Shown here in pieces: positions 48,838 to 61,445 of a stretch of 64,000 nucleotides of DNA. Source of the DNA: Eledone cirrhosa (Eukaryota); NCBI GenBank assembly GCA_964016885.1, contig OZ024761.1, forward strand, positions 20,398,001 through 20,462,000, given 5' to 3'. How positions within the stretch are numbered: the first letter of the stretch is position 1; each line of letters starts with the position of its first letter. The position numbers and the translations under genes were made by a program. The notes below the pieces were generated by a model. It searched no databases. It was not told the DNA's origin and was given only the letters and a program-made list of their open reading frames with translations.

Positions 48838-48930
48838 GAGGGAAAATTTCAGCTGTTGTTTCACAACCTATGTCTTCCCTAAGAACTCTTGCTTATAAAA
48901 ACCCCACTTTCCTTAGCTCTGGTATCAGTT
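48838..48930 (+). promoter_or_regulatory. Core promoter of paralogue C (GGGAAAA-TTT-CAGCTG element, TATAAAA 48894-48900, TCAGTT 48925-48930)
   Basis: Motifs read directly; ATG at 48969. Confidence 0.75.
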
Positions 48931-48968
48931 AGTATTTCTACACAAACAGTTTCACATCTATTAACACC

Positions 48969-49102
48969 ATGTTGTCTCTGTGTTGCCTTCTTCTTACGAT
49001 TGCTTCAGCTTTTGCTGGTAGGTGATGTTGATGTCTTCTGTCGATAAACAAAGAATTGTATCATTTCAGCTCTTCACAACATATTTCTCTGAGTATACAC
49101 AC

Positions 49103-49153
<51 letters not shown>

Positions 49154-50177
49154 TCATCATCATCATTTTACGTCTGCTTTTTCCCTGCTTGCAAGGGTGG
49201 GACGGGAACTGATTCTGGCTTGGTTTCTACAGCTGGATGCCCTTCCTAACACCAACCTCATTTACAGTGAGTGCTGGGTGCTTTTTTGCAGTGGCACCTC
49301 CACGACCACTTTGCAGTGGAATGATAGGGACCTCAGTCCCTATCATCTCATTTCTACAGCTGAGTAAACTGGAGCAATGTGAAATAAAGTGTCTTGCTCA
49401 AGGAAACAACACATCACCCAGTCTGAGAATTGAACTCACAACCTTTCGATTGCAAGGCCAATGCTCTAACCACTAAGCCATGTGCCTCCATATATACATA
49501 TCATCATCATCATTTTACATCCACTTTTCCATGCTTTCAAGGGTGGGACGGGTCCTATTCAGCAGAGCATCTCTCCACTTGTCACGGTCCTTTGTCATCT
49601 CCTCCGTGAGCTTCAGCGATCTGAGGTCTGCTCTCACCACCTCTGCCCATGTTTTTCATGGTCTACCACTACTGCATCTTCCTTCTACTGGGATTTCTTG
49701 GCACTTCTTTATCCAGCGGTCATTCTCCATGCACATTACATGTCCATACCATCTCAGTCTTCTCTCCCACACACTGCAGCTTATTCCTCTTATACAGTTT
49801 CTCTCTTAACACATCCATGCTCGGTTATTCATGCACATTGACATTGCACATCCAACGGAGCATGCTTGCTTCATTTCTCTCCAGCCATCGCATATCTTCT
49901 GCAGTTGCTGCCCATGTCTCACTACCATGCAGCATCGCGCATCTCACACAGGCATCATATAACCGGCCATTCGTACGCAGGGAGAAACCCTTCATTGTCA
50001 ACAGAGGAAGCAGCTCCCTAAACTTCTTCCAACCCATCCTTATTCTAGATACTATGGCCTCGGAACACCCCCTCCCATGCTAATCTGATCACCAACACAT
50101 CATATTATAATATTATAAAATTAAATCAAATTGTTTAGAACTACAAGTGAAATCATTCTTTTCCTTTTTTTTTTCAA

Positions 50178-50229
<52 letters not shown>

Positions 50230-50927
50230 GATGATGATGATGATATATATATATATACACATATACATATATATATATATGCGGGGAGGGTCATATTGTT
50301 GTAATAATATTACCAGAAATAATATCGGAACACACTCACTGTTTGGTTGGTTTTCGCTTCTGTATCTTTTATATCTCCATAGTTAATTCATTTGGCCGCC
50401 ATCAATGTTTATCACTGACTGACCAACGGTAAAAAATACAGATATAAATATATATATATAATCTAACAAAGTTCTTTCGTTGCACACCTGCAACATCATC
50501 AGTGGTGCTATTATCATGTTTTCCCTGCTGTATTGTATGTATTGTAATGTCTATATATATATATATATATATGTATTCTTTTGTGATTGGTGATTTTCTT
50601 TCAGCACCTGAAACCCAAATTGTTGGTGGATCTCTTGCTGAAAATTGTGAATTTCCATCAATTGTCCACCTCCAAGTTTTTGACCAACCCACCGATGATA
50701 CTGTCCAGGATTGTGGAGGTACTTTGCTTGATGCTACACATGTATTGACCGCAGCTCACTGTTTGTAAGTATATACATTGTATATACTTGTATATATATA
50801 TATATATATTTATACCAGGTTCAATCGGGGGGTAACCACAGTAAGTAAGGTACTCAATACATAGCAGAGTATAAATATTTAATATAGAAATGGCTTCTAC
50901 AGGACTAGAACTGCTTCATTTCTATAT

Positions 50928-50999
<72 letters not shown>

Positions 51000-51001
51000 A
51001 C

Positions 51002-51044
<43 letters not shown>

Positions 51045-51047
51045 TAC

Positions 51048-51136
<89 letters not shown>

Positions 51137-53067
51137 ACTTCCACACTGATCTCAAGCCGTAGCACGTTCTTCCTTTCAACTACATCATCTTCCATATTCC
51201 CAATCTTTGCTCCCAAATACAGGAAGTCCTCAACCAATTCTAGCGTCTTCCCGCCTACATTAGTGATCCCCTCTGGCTTCTCAACATTCTCTACCAGATA
51301 TTTTGTTTTAGTCTCATTCATTCTCAGCCCCACACTCATCGACACAGTCTCAACCTCCTACATCAAATCCTCTGCCTCCTTCACTGTATTTGTCACCAAA
51401 ACTATGTCGTCGGCAAATTCAGCATCCTATATCTTTTTCGCCTTAACTCTCCTGCTCTGAGCCGGTGCTACAGTAAAGCCAGAGTCCTGGTGTTTCTCCA
51501 GTGCAAGGCGCATACAATAGTCCACTACAATGATAAAAAGGATGACTCTGAACATTAATTAGTATACACTGAGGATGAAAAACTCAGAGCTGTACGGGAG
51601 CATCCCAAAAGTCTGCTCAAAAGTGACACAGAGGAGACTGAGGTTAGCTGGACATGCTCACCGACATTCAGAGTTGACATTTAACTCAGTGCTCCTGTGG
51701 GAGCCCCTACATGGACACACTGGAAGAGGAAGACCAAGGTTAACGTATGTTGATGCCATAAGGACAGACACTCGTCTGTTGGAGACGCAGGACATGGCAG
51801 CGATAATGAGGGACAGAGACCGCTAGAGAGAACTCGTCCATGGATCTCGGGAATTTTACCCGTCCTAGATATATATATATATATGTATATATATATAGAT
51901 ATATAGATATATATATGTATATGTATATAGTGTTGATAGAATTTTTGTATCAGTCATGCACTGGGGTCCATTACTGTGCCTTACCCCTCAAATTTGCTAG
52001 CTTTGTGCCAAAACACACTTAATGGTAACAAACTCTCGGGAGAGTGCCACAGCAGAAGATCTTAGAGAAGAGCACCTTGCTCCCTTCAAGTGAGTGTTTC
52101 ATGTTTTGCTTGGATGATATTTATTGATTTATTGTCCAATGAAAGATATTTCAATAAATCTATATATGTATTGTTTGATTTTTAGGAATGGGAATGTTCG
52201 AAAGATTTATGTAAACATTGGTTCTAACGACAGAAATATTCCTGGTGCTCAGGCCACATCTGTAAAGAAAATGGTGAAACATAGTCAATATGTACCAACT
52301 AACTACATAATTAGTAGGTATATAAATTATTGTCTTTCTTCTTTATCATTCTACCAATATTTCATCAATATTTCATCAATATACTACCAATATTTCATCA
52401 ATATACTACCAATATTTCATCAATATTCTACCAATATTTCATCAATATACTACCAATATTTCATCAATATTCTACCAATATTTCATCAATATTCTACCAA
52501 TATTTCATCAATATACTACCAATATTTCATCAATATTCTACCAATATTTCATCAATATACTACCAATATTTCATCAATATACTACCAATATTTCATCAAT
52601 ATACTACTGATATTTCATCAATATTCTACCAGTATTTCATCAATATTCTACCAATATTCTACCAATATTTCATCAATATTCTACCAATATTTCATCAATA
52701 TTCTACCAATATTCTACCAATATTTCATCAATATTCTACCAATATTTCATCAATATTCTACCAATATTTTACCAATATTTCATCAATATTCTACCAATAT
52801 TTCATCAATATACTACCAATATTTCATCAATATACTACCAATATTTTACCAATATTTCATCAATATTCTACTAATATTTTATACAGAAATAACAACACAA
52901 TCGGTACAGTATGTGGAAGGGATATATTAGGTTAACGCTTGATATAGTAGGAAGAGGGTCTTAACGTTTCAGAAGAAAGAATGAGAAATAAGATAGATTG
53001 AGGGGACAGGTGGGTTGGAATTGGAAAAAATGTCTTTAGATAAAAATAACAGGTTCATTCGCATTTA

Positions 53068-53117
<50 letters not shown>

Positions 53118-53407
53118 CATGCAAGTATGTTTATATTAATTATATGTTTTATCGTATTGCAGCCCATGACATTGCCATATTAACATTGCGTCGACCAGTG
53201 ACAGAAGGAAAATGTGTGAAATTTGCCCGTTTGGCCTCCGAAGGAGAAACATTTGGCACCTCACGATGTATCACTGCTGGATGGGGAGAATTGAAAAGTA
53301 AGTTTATATGACATGGTAGCAATCGTACTAGTTACCTCATCAATGCATCTATCTATACACATATCTGTCTAGCTACCTATATATCTATGTATCTAACTAT
53401 CTAACTA

Positions 53408-53451
<44 letters not shown>

Positions 53452-56010
53452 ATTATATATATTGTTATACTTTGGGAGCGTCATCATGCCAATAAAAACA
53501 CAAGCACCTGTGGGTTTTCACTTCAGTTTATTATAAATTTCCAGTTGGTTGGTTGGTTCGATAACCAATTAATTTTATTTTATTTTATTAATTTGGTTTT
53601 ATTTTGAAAGTAGGTTTATAAATATGAATTTTCAGTATACTTTCGTAGCAGTCTCGGTGGCTTAGTGGGAAGTACCAGAGGTGGTGAGATCCTGATCTGG
53701 GGTTCAATCCTAGTCTGGGAGATACATGTAGGGTGTCCTGTTAATCTTTTTCAATTTTGCTTTTACATCTCTTTGAAAAAAACTGAAAAACTTTTGAGAG
53801 ATGTCTATTAATTTAATTTGAATTCAATTAATTTAATTTAATTGATTAATTTTATTTTGAAAGTAGCTTTATAAGTATTAATTTTCAGTAGATTTTTGTA
53901 GCTGTTTTGGTGGCCTAAGGGGAATTAGCAAGTGAGCTGTTCATTTTAAGGGGTAGTCAGTTTTTTAGTATCGTCTATGGTCAACTACACCATGGTCATG
54001 CATGAAATAAGCAGTTTAAGGGCCTCAAGTTCTCATAGGAACCTCTACAGCTAGTTAAACCATAGTCAGGGCTTGCTTAGTGGGTGTAATAAACTGTTTA
54101 AGGGCATAAACTTCATGTAGGACCCTGTATGGCCAGCTAAACCAGAGTCACTGCCAGCTGAGAGGGTAATTGAAGCAGTTTAATGGCATAAACTATGGCC
54201 ATCCAAATCCTGATCAAAGTAATGGATTTCCTATGGCCAGCTAGTATCTCCTAGGGCCAAAGAAGCAGTTGGTCTCAACACAATGTATTTAATTTAATTT
54301 AATTTAATTAATTTTATTTTATTTTGAAAGTAGGTTTATAAGGATCAATTTTCATTAGACTTTTGTAGCACTCTCGGTGGCCTAGTGGGAAATACCAGAG
54401 ATGGTGAGACCCTGGTCTGGAGGTTCAATCCTGGTCTAGGAGATACATGTAGGGTGTCCAATTAATCTTTTTCAATTTTCAGTTTACATCTTATTGAAAA
54501 AAACTGAAAACTTTTCAGAACCCCAATGTCTATTTATTATATTTTAATTTATTTTAATTTATTTTAATTTAATTCAATTTAATTTAATTTAATTTAATTT
54601 AATTTAATTAATTTTATTTTATTTTGAAAGTAGCTTTATAAGTATTAATTTTCAGTAGATTTTTGTAGCTGTGACCTAAGGGGAGTTAGCAAGTGAACTG
54701 TTCATTTTAAATGCGGGTCAGTTTTTTAAGATCGTCTATGGTAAATATATATATATATATTAAAATAACAGATTAAAGTTTAATAAATATTTGCACGAGG
54801 GTTCTTATATATTTGATATATATTTATCCTTATCGAGCCCTCTTTGGATTTTAGTCTTCAAATTTATTATTATTACTATATATATATATATATATACCAA
54901 TCTATATATATATATATATACCAAACATCTATCTATCAATAGATTTTAAACATCATTCTGTTGTCATTTTCAGACAAGCAATTTCTTCCCGATCACTTAT
55001 ACAAGGTCGCTCTTCCGGTTATTCCTACTGCCGATTGTAAAAAGAAATCTAAGCATAGTATTGCAGATGGCGTTCTCTGTGCTGGAGACTTTGTCCCTGG
55101 CGGAGCATCTACTTGCAAGGTACGTGTATATTGATATTATGGTCATCAGGGAGGGCGGTGAATTAGCACTATCGGTAGAGGGTCGGACACCATGCTTTAC
55201 AGCATAGAGTTACGGCCCTTTATGATCTGAGTTGAAATGCTGCTGAGGTTATCTTTGCCTTTCATCCTTAGAGGAGTTGATAAAATAAAGTACCAGTCAC
55301 GTACTGGTGGCCATTAGGTGGCTGTGTCTTGCTCATATAGGACTGTTTCTCACTAGACTTCTACAACTGGATGCCCTTCCTAATGCCAACTACATATATA
55401 GTGTAGACTGTGTACTTTTTGCCATGACTCATACACAACCACTTTACAGGGTGGACTGGGTGTTTTTTGTCATGTGGTCTACATGACATACATACAAACA
55501 TACATACATATATACATACATACATATATACAAACATACATACATATATACATACATACACATACATACATACATACATACATACATACAAACATACATG
55601 GTGGCTGCCAACTCGTTTTCGAGTACGGCCACTACTTTATATCCATATAGGAGAACCCCTACCGATGCGCTGAACGAGTGTGACTTTGTAGTCCAGCCAG
55701 CGACTTGAAAACTCTGGTACAAACACTACACTTGTGACAATTATTGACACACAGTGCTGGGCCCATGGTACCATGTGACGACAAGTGCAGAGAGATCTCC
55801 AGATATAAAGCAATGCCTGTGCCGTGAAGCTTTTATAGTGAGCAAAGGCACTGCACAAAGCCAGTCCCACTCTCTTAACCAAGATGATATTTACCAAAAA
55901 GAAGAACAAGTCAACATCATTGGATACCATCAGAGCTGCAGGTGTTATATCAGAGTTTTCCTTCTCCTAGAATTCTACCTTGACAAAGGCTAAGGGGTCA
56001 TCTCTCCCGG

Positions 56011-56047
<37 letters not shown>

Positions 56048-56264
56048 CATATATACAAACATACACACATACATTCCAATAACATATATTTCTGTATTGT
56101 CCATTTATTGACAGGGTGATTCTGGTGGTCCGCTTTACTGTCCAAGCACTGATGGCCAAATGGTCGTAGCCGGAGTGACGTCGTTCGGATCCAATTGTCT
56201 TTCCGACATCAGTGCTTTCACTGATGTCGGATATTACCGAACATGGATTGATAGTCACTTATGA
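48969..56264 (+). CDS. Secreted chymotrypsin-like S1A serine protease paralogue C, intact, 255 aa (exons 48969-49017, 50605-50764, 52186-52313, 53163-53297, 54974-55119, 56115-56264)
   Basis: 49+160+128+135+146+150=768 nt, in frame. [50 protein letters not shown]; AATAAA at 56337. Ser189, Gly216, Ser226. Confidence 0.93.
51133..51868. mobile_element. RTE-clade LINE with 5' inversion (RT part 51133-51540 minus; 3' end 51545-51868 plus); short 3' copy 43198-43322 (-)
   Basis: Minus strand: FADDIVL...GLRMNETKT...FLYLG. Plus strand: [12 protein letters not shown]...[11 protein letters not shown]. Confidence 0.8.
52348..52880. repeat. 22-bp minisatellite made of 11-bp subunits TATTCTACCAA/TATTTCATCAA, intron 3 of paralogue C
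   Basis: Read directly. Confidence 0.95.
53595..54740 (+). repeat. About 720-bp tandem unit with Pol III A/B-box-like motifs and (AATTT)n; third copy 57090-57770
   Basis: TGGCTTAGTGG 53658-53668 and GGTTCAATCC 53701-53710, recurring at about 54378/54422 and 57402/57446. Confidence 0.7.
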
Positions 56265-56354
56265 GAAGGACTTTATAGGAAACTTACCGATTCTATAGAG
56301 ATGCTAACAAAATACCATCCTCCCTCTATTAACAATAATAAATATATCAAATAT

Positions 56355-56386
<32 letters not shown>

Positions 56387-56849
56387 GGTTGAGCATCGGA
56401 CAATATACTGTTGTTGTTGTTATTCTTCTTCTTATTGTTGTTGGCGGTGGATTGGAAGTATCGGTAGAGGGTCGGACAACAAGCTTTGCAGCATAGAGTC
56501 ATGGCCCTTTACGCACTGAGTTCAAATCCCGCCGACGTTAACTTTGCCTTTCATCCTTACGGGGGGGGTCGATAAAATAAAGTACTAGTAATGTACTGGG
56601 GTTGATTTAATCGACTTTCCCTTTCCACAAAAATTGTTGGCCTTGTGCCTAAAGTAGAAAGCATTATTATTGTTGTTGTTGTTGTTGTTGACTGTAATTG
56701 GTAGAGCAGCGAACAACATACTGTTGTTGTTATTGTTGTTGCTGTTGTTGTTGTTGTTGTTTCTATTGTTGGGTGAAGTGAAGTGTCAGCTGGTGTAATG
56801 TATGCTATATAGTTTTGTTGGCCCCGGGGTTGGGGTTATTTATGTGTCT

Positions 56850-56850
56850 A

Positions 56851-56884
<34 letters not shown>

Positions 56885-56962
56885 CATGTGTGCATCTGTC
56901 TTTGTGTGTGTGTGTGTATGTGTGCATGTGTGTGTGTTTGTGTATGCATGTGTGCGTCTGTC

Positions 56963-56993
<31 letters not shown>

Positions 56994-57085
56994 ATGTGTG
57001 TGTGTGTGTGTGTATGTGGTGTGTGTATGTGGTGTGTGTCTGTGTGTGTCTGTCTGTCTGTCTGGCTGTGTGTGTGTATGCGTGT
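56850..57085. repeat. (TG)n microsatellite
   Basis: Read directly. Confidence 0.95.
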
Positions 57086-57812
57086 CAAGGCTTGCTTAGT
57101 GGGTGAAATAAACTGTTTAAGGACATAAACTTCATGTAGGACCCTGTATGGCCAGCTAAACCAGAGTCACTGCCAGCTGAAAGGGTGATTGAAGCAGTTT
57201 AATGGCATAAAATATGGCCATCCAAACCCTGATCAAAGTAATGGATTTCCTACGGCCAGCTACTATCTCCTAGGGCCAAAGAAGCAGTTGGTCTCAACAC
57301 AATGTATTTAATTTAATTTAATTTAATTTAATTAATTTTATTTTATTTTGAAAGTAGGTTTATAAGGATCAATTTTCAGTAGACTTTTGTAGCAGTTTCC
57401 ATGGCCTAGTGGGAAATACCAGAGATGGTGAGACCCTGGTCTGGAGGTTCAATCCTGGTCTGGGAGATACATGTAAGGTGTCCAATTAAACTTTTTCAAT
57501 TCTCTTTTTACATCTCTTTGAAAAAAACTGAAAGACTGTTGAGAACCCCAATGTATATTTATTTTATTTTTTATTTTATTTTAATTTGATTAATTTAAAA
57601 ACGTTGGAGAGATGTCTATTAATTCAATTTAATTTAATTATTTTATTTAATTAATTTATTTTATTTTGAAAGTAGCTTTATAAGTATTAATTTTCAGTAG
57701 ATATTTGTAGCTGTTTTGGTGGCATAAGGTGTTAGCAAGTGAGCTGTTCGTTTTAAAGGCAAGTCAGTTTTATATATATATATTAGAAAGTGAACAAAAC
57801 AAAATATAACTA

Positions 57813-57880
57813 CTCCATTACCAAAGGTTTCTGGATCCCAGACAATATTAATATATGTCTGGATCGTTCATCAGACAGAG
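57813..57880 (-). ncRNA. Type I hammerhead motif inside inverted repeat 57782-57924
   Basis: CTCTGT-CTGATGA-...GATCCAGACA...TGTCTGGGATC...-GAAA-CCTTTGG-TA-ATGGAG. Confidence 0.7.
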
Positions 57881-58709
57881 GTGTTATCTTAAGTAGTTAT
57901 ATTTTGTGTTGTTCACTTTCTAATTAAATAGCTCTGCTCTATACATAGAGCACTCTCTTTTCCTTTACTTTTTCTTCTGAATTACCTAACACACACACAC
58001 ACACACATATATATAGCATATTATATAACATGATATATATATATGTATGTAAAATGTAAACAGAAATAACAACACAATCGGTACAGTATATGGAAGGTAT
58101 ATATTAGGTTAAAACTTGATATAGCAGGAAGAGGGTCTTAACATATCGGACGCCAGTCCTTCATCAGAAGAAAGAATGAGAAATAAGATATATATATATC
58201 ATCATCATCATCATCATTTTACGTCCGCTTTTCCCTGCTTGCAAGGGTAGGTTGGGTCCTATCCAGCACAGCATCTCTCCACTTGTCACGGTCCTTCGTC
58301 ATCTCCTCCGTGAGCTTCAGCGATCTGAGGTCTGCTCTCACCACCTCCGCCCGTGTTTTTTGTGGTCTTCCTCTACTGCGTCTTCCTTCAACTGGGATTT
58401 CTTGGCACTTCTTTACCCAGCGGTCATCTTCCATGTGCATCACATGTCCATACCATCTCAGTCTTCTCTGTTGCACACCAAAACTTATCCCTCTTATACA
58501 CAGTTTCTCTCTCAACTCATCTAATCAGGAGTAGCACCCGCAGAGTGAACCTGTCTATAGAATTCTTTCTGCCTTTCTTACTCTAAATATAAGTTTTAAA
58601 GAATTCCTCCTTCTTTAAATCCATCAACTAATGACCTCCACCCATCCCAATCACCACCCTCTCTTACCACCAGAAAAGATATAAATACCACCATATTACT
58701 TGGACAGCT

Positions 58710-58758
58710 GCTTCCTGATGATTTCTCCGGAATGAAACAGTTCTAGTCCTGTAGAAGC
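58710..58758 (+). ncRNA. Compact type I hammerhead motif with a true stem III (related copy 61580-61623)
   Basis: GCTTC-CTGATGA-TTTCTCCGGAAT-GAAA-CAG-TTCTAGTC-CTG-TA-GAAGC; GUA triplet; U.U mismatch at the base of stem II. Confidence 0.7.
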
Positions 58759-58836
58759 CTTTCTATATTAAATATTTATAATCTGCTATGTATTGAGTAC
58801 CTTACTGTGGTTACCCCTGATTGAACCCGGGATTAA

Positions 58837-58898
<62 letters not shown>

Positions 58899-59011
58899 AA
58901 ATAAAAAAATGACAACAATTAAATAAATGTTATCTATATTTATTCTTCTATTGAAAACATTAAAACATTGATCCCTATTAAAGATGATTATTGATCCAGC
59001 TCCAATATATC

Positions 59012-61214
59012 TTACAAGTGATTATTGATCCAGTCCTTGAAATATCCAACATCACTGAATGCATTGATTTCAAAATTACATCTGTATCCAAATGAGGTTA
59101 CTCCAGCTAACACCATTTGACCATTTGAACTAGGACAGTAAAGTGGTCCACCAGAATCACCCTGTAACAACAACAACAAACAATATACAACTATATGTTA
59201 CTGAAATCAATAGACATTATATAAACCTTGTTTATATATAGGGGTGAATTGGCAGTATCGTTAGAGGGTTGGATGCCATGCTTTACAGCATAGTTACGTC
59301 CCTTTCTGGTCTGAGTTGAAATCCCGTCGAGGTTAACTTTGCCTTTCATCCTTACGGGGTCTATAAAATAAAGTACCAGTAATGTACTGGGTAATTGCTG
59401 GCCTTGTGCCAAAAATAGAAAAAATTATATAAACCTTATTATATTTAGAGGTGGAGTCACATGGCCTAGTGGTAAGGGTGTTGGACTTATGATCATAATG
59501 TCGTGGGTTTGATTCCTGGGCTGCGTGTTGTCTTCTTGAGCAAAACACTTCATTTCATGTTGCTCCAGTATACTCAGCTGAAAATGAGTACCAGCAATAG
59601 CTGGAGCGTTTAACCCTATGATGGACTGGCATGCTGTCCAGGAGTTAGTCTTGTACTCTCAGTCACTTCACGCCATGAAACTGGGATAAGCACTGGTCAA
59701 ACGAGTCTTCTGGCTTAAGACAGACTTTAGACTATATTCAGAGTGATACTGTGATCTCCAAACTACACACTCTATTGAATAATGTTGTTCCAAAGACCCT
59801 TTTGAGGAACCCCATTTCAGCTGCTTGTATTCCTTATCATATTCTGTCAGTCATTACCCAAGATTCATGGCCATAGGCAAGACTATCATCATCTCAATAT
59901 ATCAAATCAGGTTTTTTTCTTGGGCTACCATTTCTTGGGCTACATGTTATATGGCTCACACTGAGCCCTCAAACTGCCCTTTATACAACAGTAACACCTC
60001 CTAACACTGTAATAGAAACTTTTTAGATTTAAATCACATGAATTATAAAAATGCTAGGATTCTTTTGTTGTGGCACCAGCACTACCACATTACAGGGTGG
60101 ACTGGGTACTTTTCTTTGAGGCACCAGTACTACCACTTTACAGGGTGGACTGGGTACTTTTCCTCATGGCACCAGTACTACCACTTTACAGGGTGGAGTC
60201 AGTGCTTTCCTTTGAGGCACTGGTACTGCCACCTTACAGTTAAATATCAATATAGTTATATTATTATCATTATTATTATTATTATTATGGCGGTGGATTG
60301 GCAGTATCGGTAGAGGGTCTGACGCTATGCTTTGACGCATAGAGTTACGGGTCGATAAAATAAAGTACCAGTCACGCACTGGGGTCGATTTAATAGACTT
60401 TCCCCTCCCCCAGAATTGCTCACCTTGTGCCTATATAAGAAATCATTATTATTATTATTATATCAATAGTAACGAACCTGGCAAGTTGATGCTCCACCTT
60501 TTCTGAAATCTCCGGCACAAAGAATTCCATCAGAAATTGTCATTCCAGAATTTTGCCGACAAACATCCAGGGGGACAGCTGAAAGGGCCACCTTGTATAG
60601 TTCGTCAGGGCTGTTTCCTTTAACTGAAAATGACAAAATAAAATCAATCAGTGACGTTTTACAAGGGTCAGCTGAACAAATCATACGCTAATTATAAAGG
60701 AGGAATGCTAGAGCTGTGAAATCTTGCATGACATTTAGTTTCAACTTTTCTTATTAACAACTGCATTGTTTCTTGTATTCTTCAACCCCCTCAATATATA
60801 TATATATACATATACATATATATATATATATCTATATATATGTATGTATATGTATATATATATATATATATAATGAAGGAAATGTGGTAAGGAACCAGGT
60901 GGACCATAACGCACCAAAGTACTCAATACTTAGGGTAGTAGAGTGGGTAATAGGAACGAGTAGGACCCAGACGGCTGAGCTCAAGCCGTTTCGATGGCTA
61001 ATTCTGGTCCAGAATTAGCCGTCGAAACGGCTTGAGCTCAGCCGTCGAGGTCCTACTCGTTCCTATATATATATATATATATATATATTTATTAAAATAA
61101 CATTAAAATATTTGCTCCACGGTTCTTATATATTTGATATATATTTATCCTTATCGAGCCCTCTTTGGATTTTAGTCTTCAAATTTATTATTATTACTAT
61201 TATTATTATTATTA

Positions 61215-61256
<42 letters not shown>

Positions 61257-61413
61257 GGAGGTGAGTTTTATTGTAGTACAATAAAGCAATGCAAATATCG
61301 GATAAGAAGCACTCTACAGTTTGTAGGACTGGAGTATACATAATATATAAGAACAAAAGATGGTTAAAAGAGTTCCATGTATTTTATTATGCGCATTTCA
61401 AATATATTGTTCT

Positions 61414-61445
<32 letters not shown>

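Noticed and set aside
52124-52935. 268-aa and 201-aa repeat-protein ORFs
   Set aside because: The first is read-through from protease exon 3 past its GT donor into a 22-bp minisatellite; the second is another frame of the same repeat.
58978-59000. Second copy of the paralogue D C-terminal sequence (CTGGATCAATAATCA)
   Set aside because: A short duplication after the stop codon with no splice acceptor; not an alternative exon.
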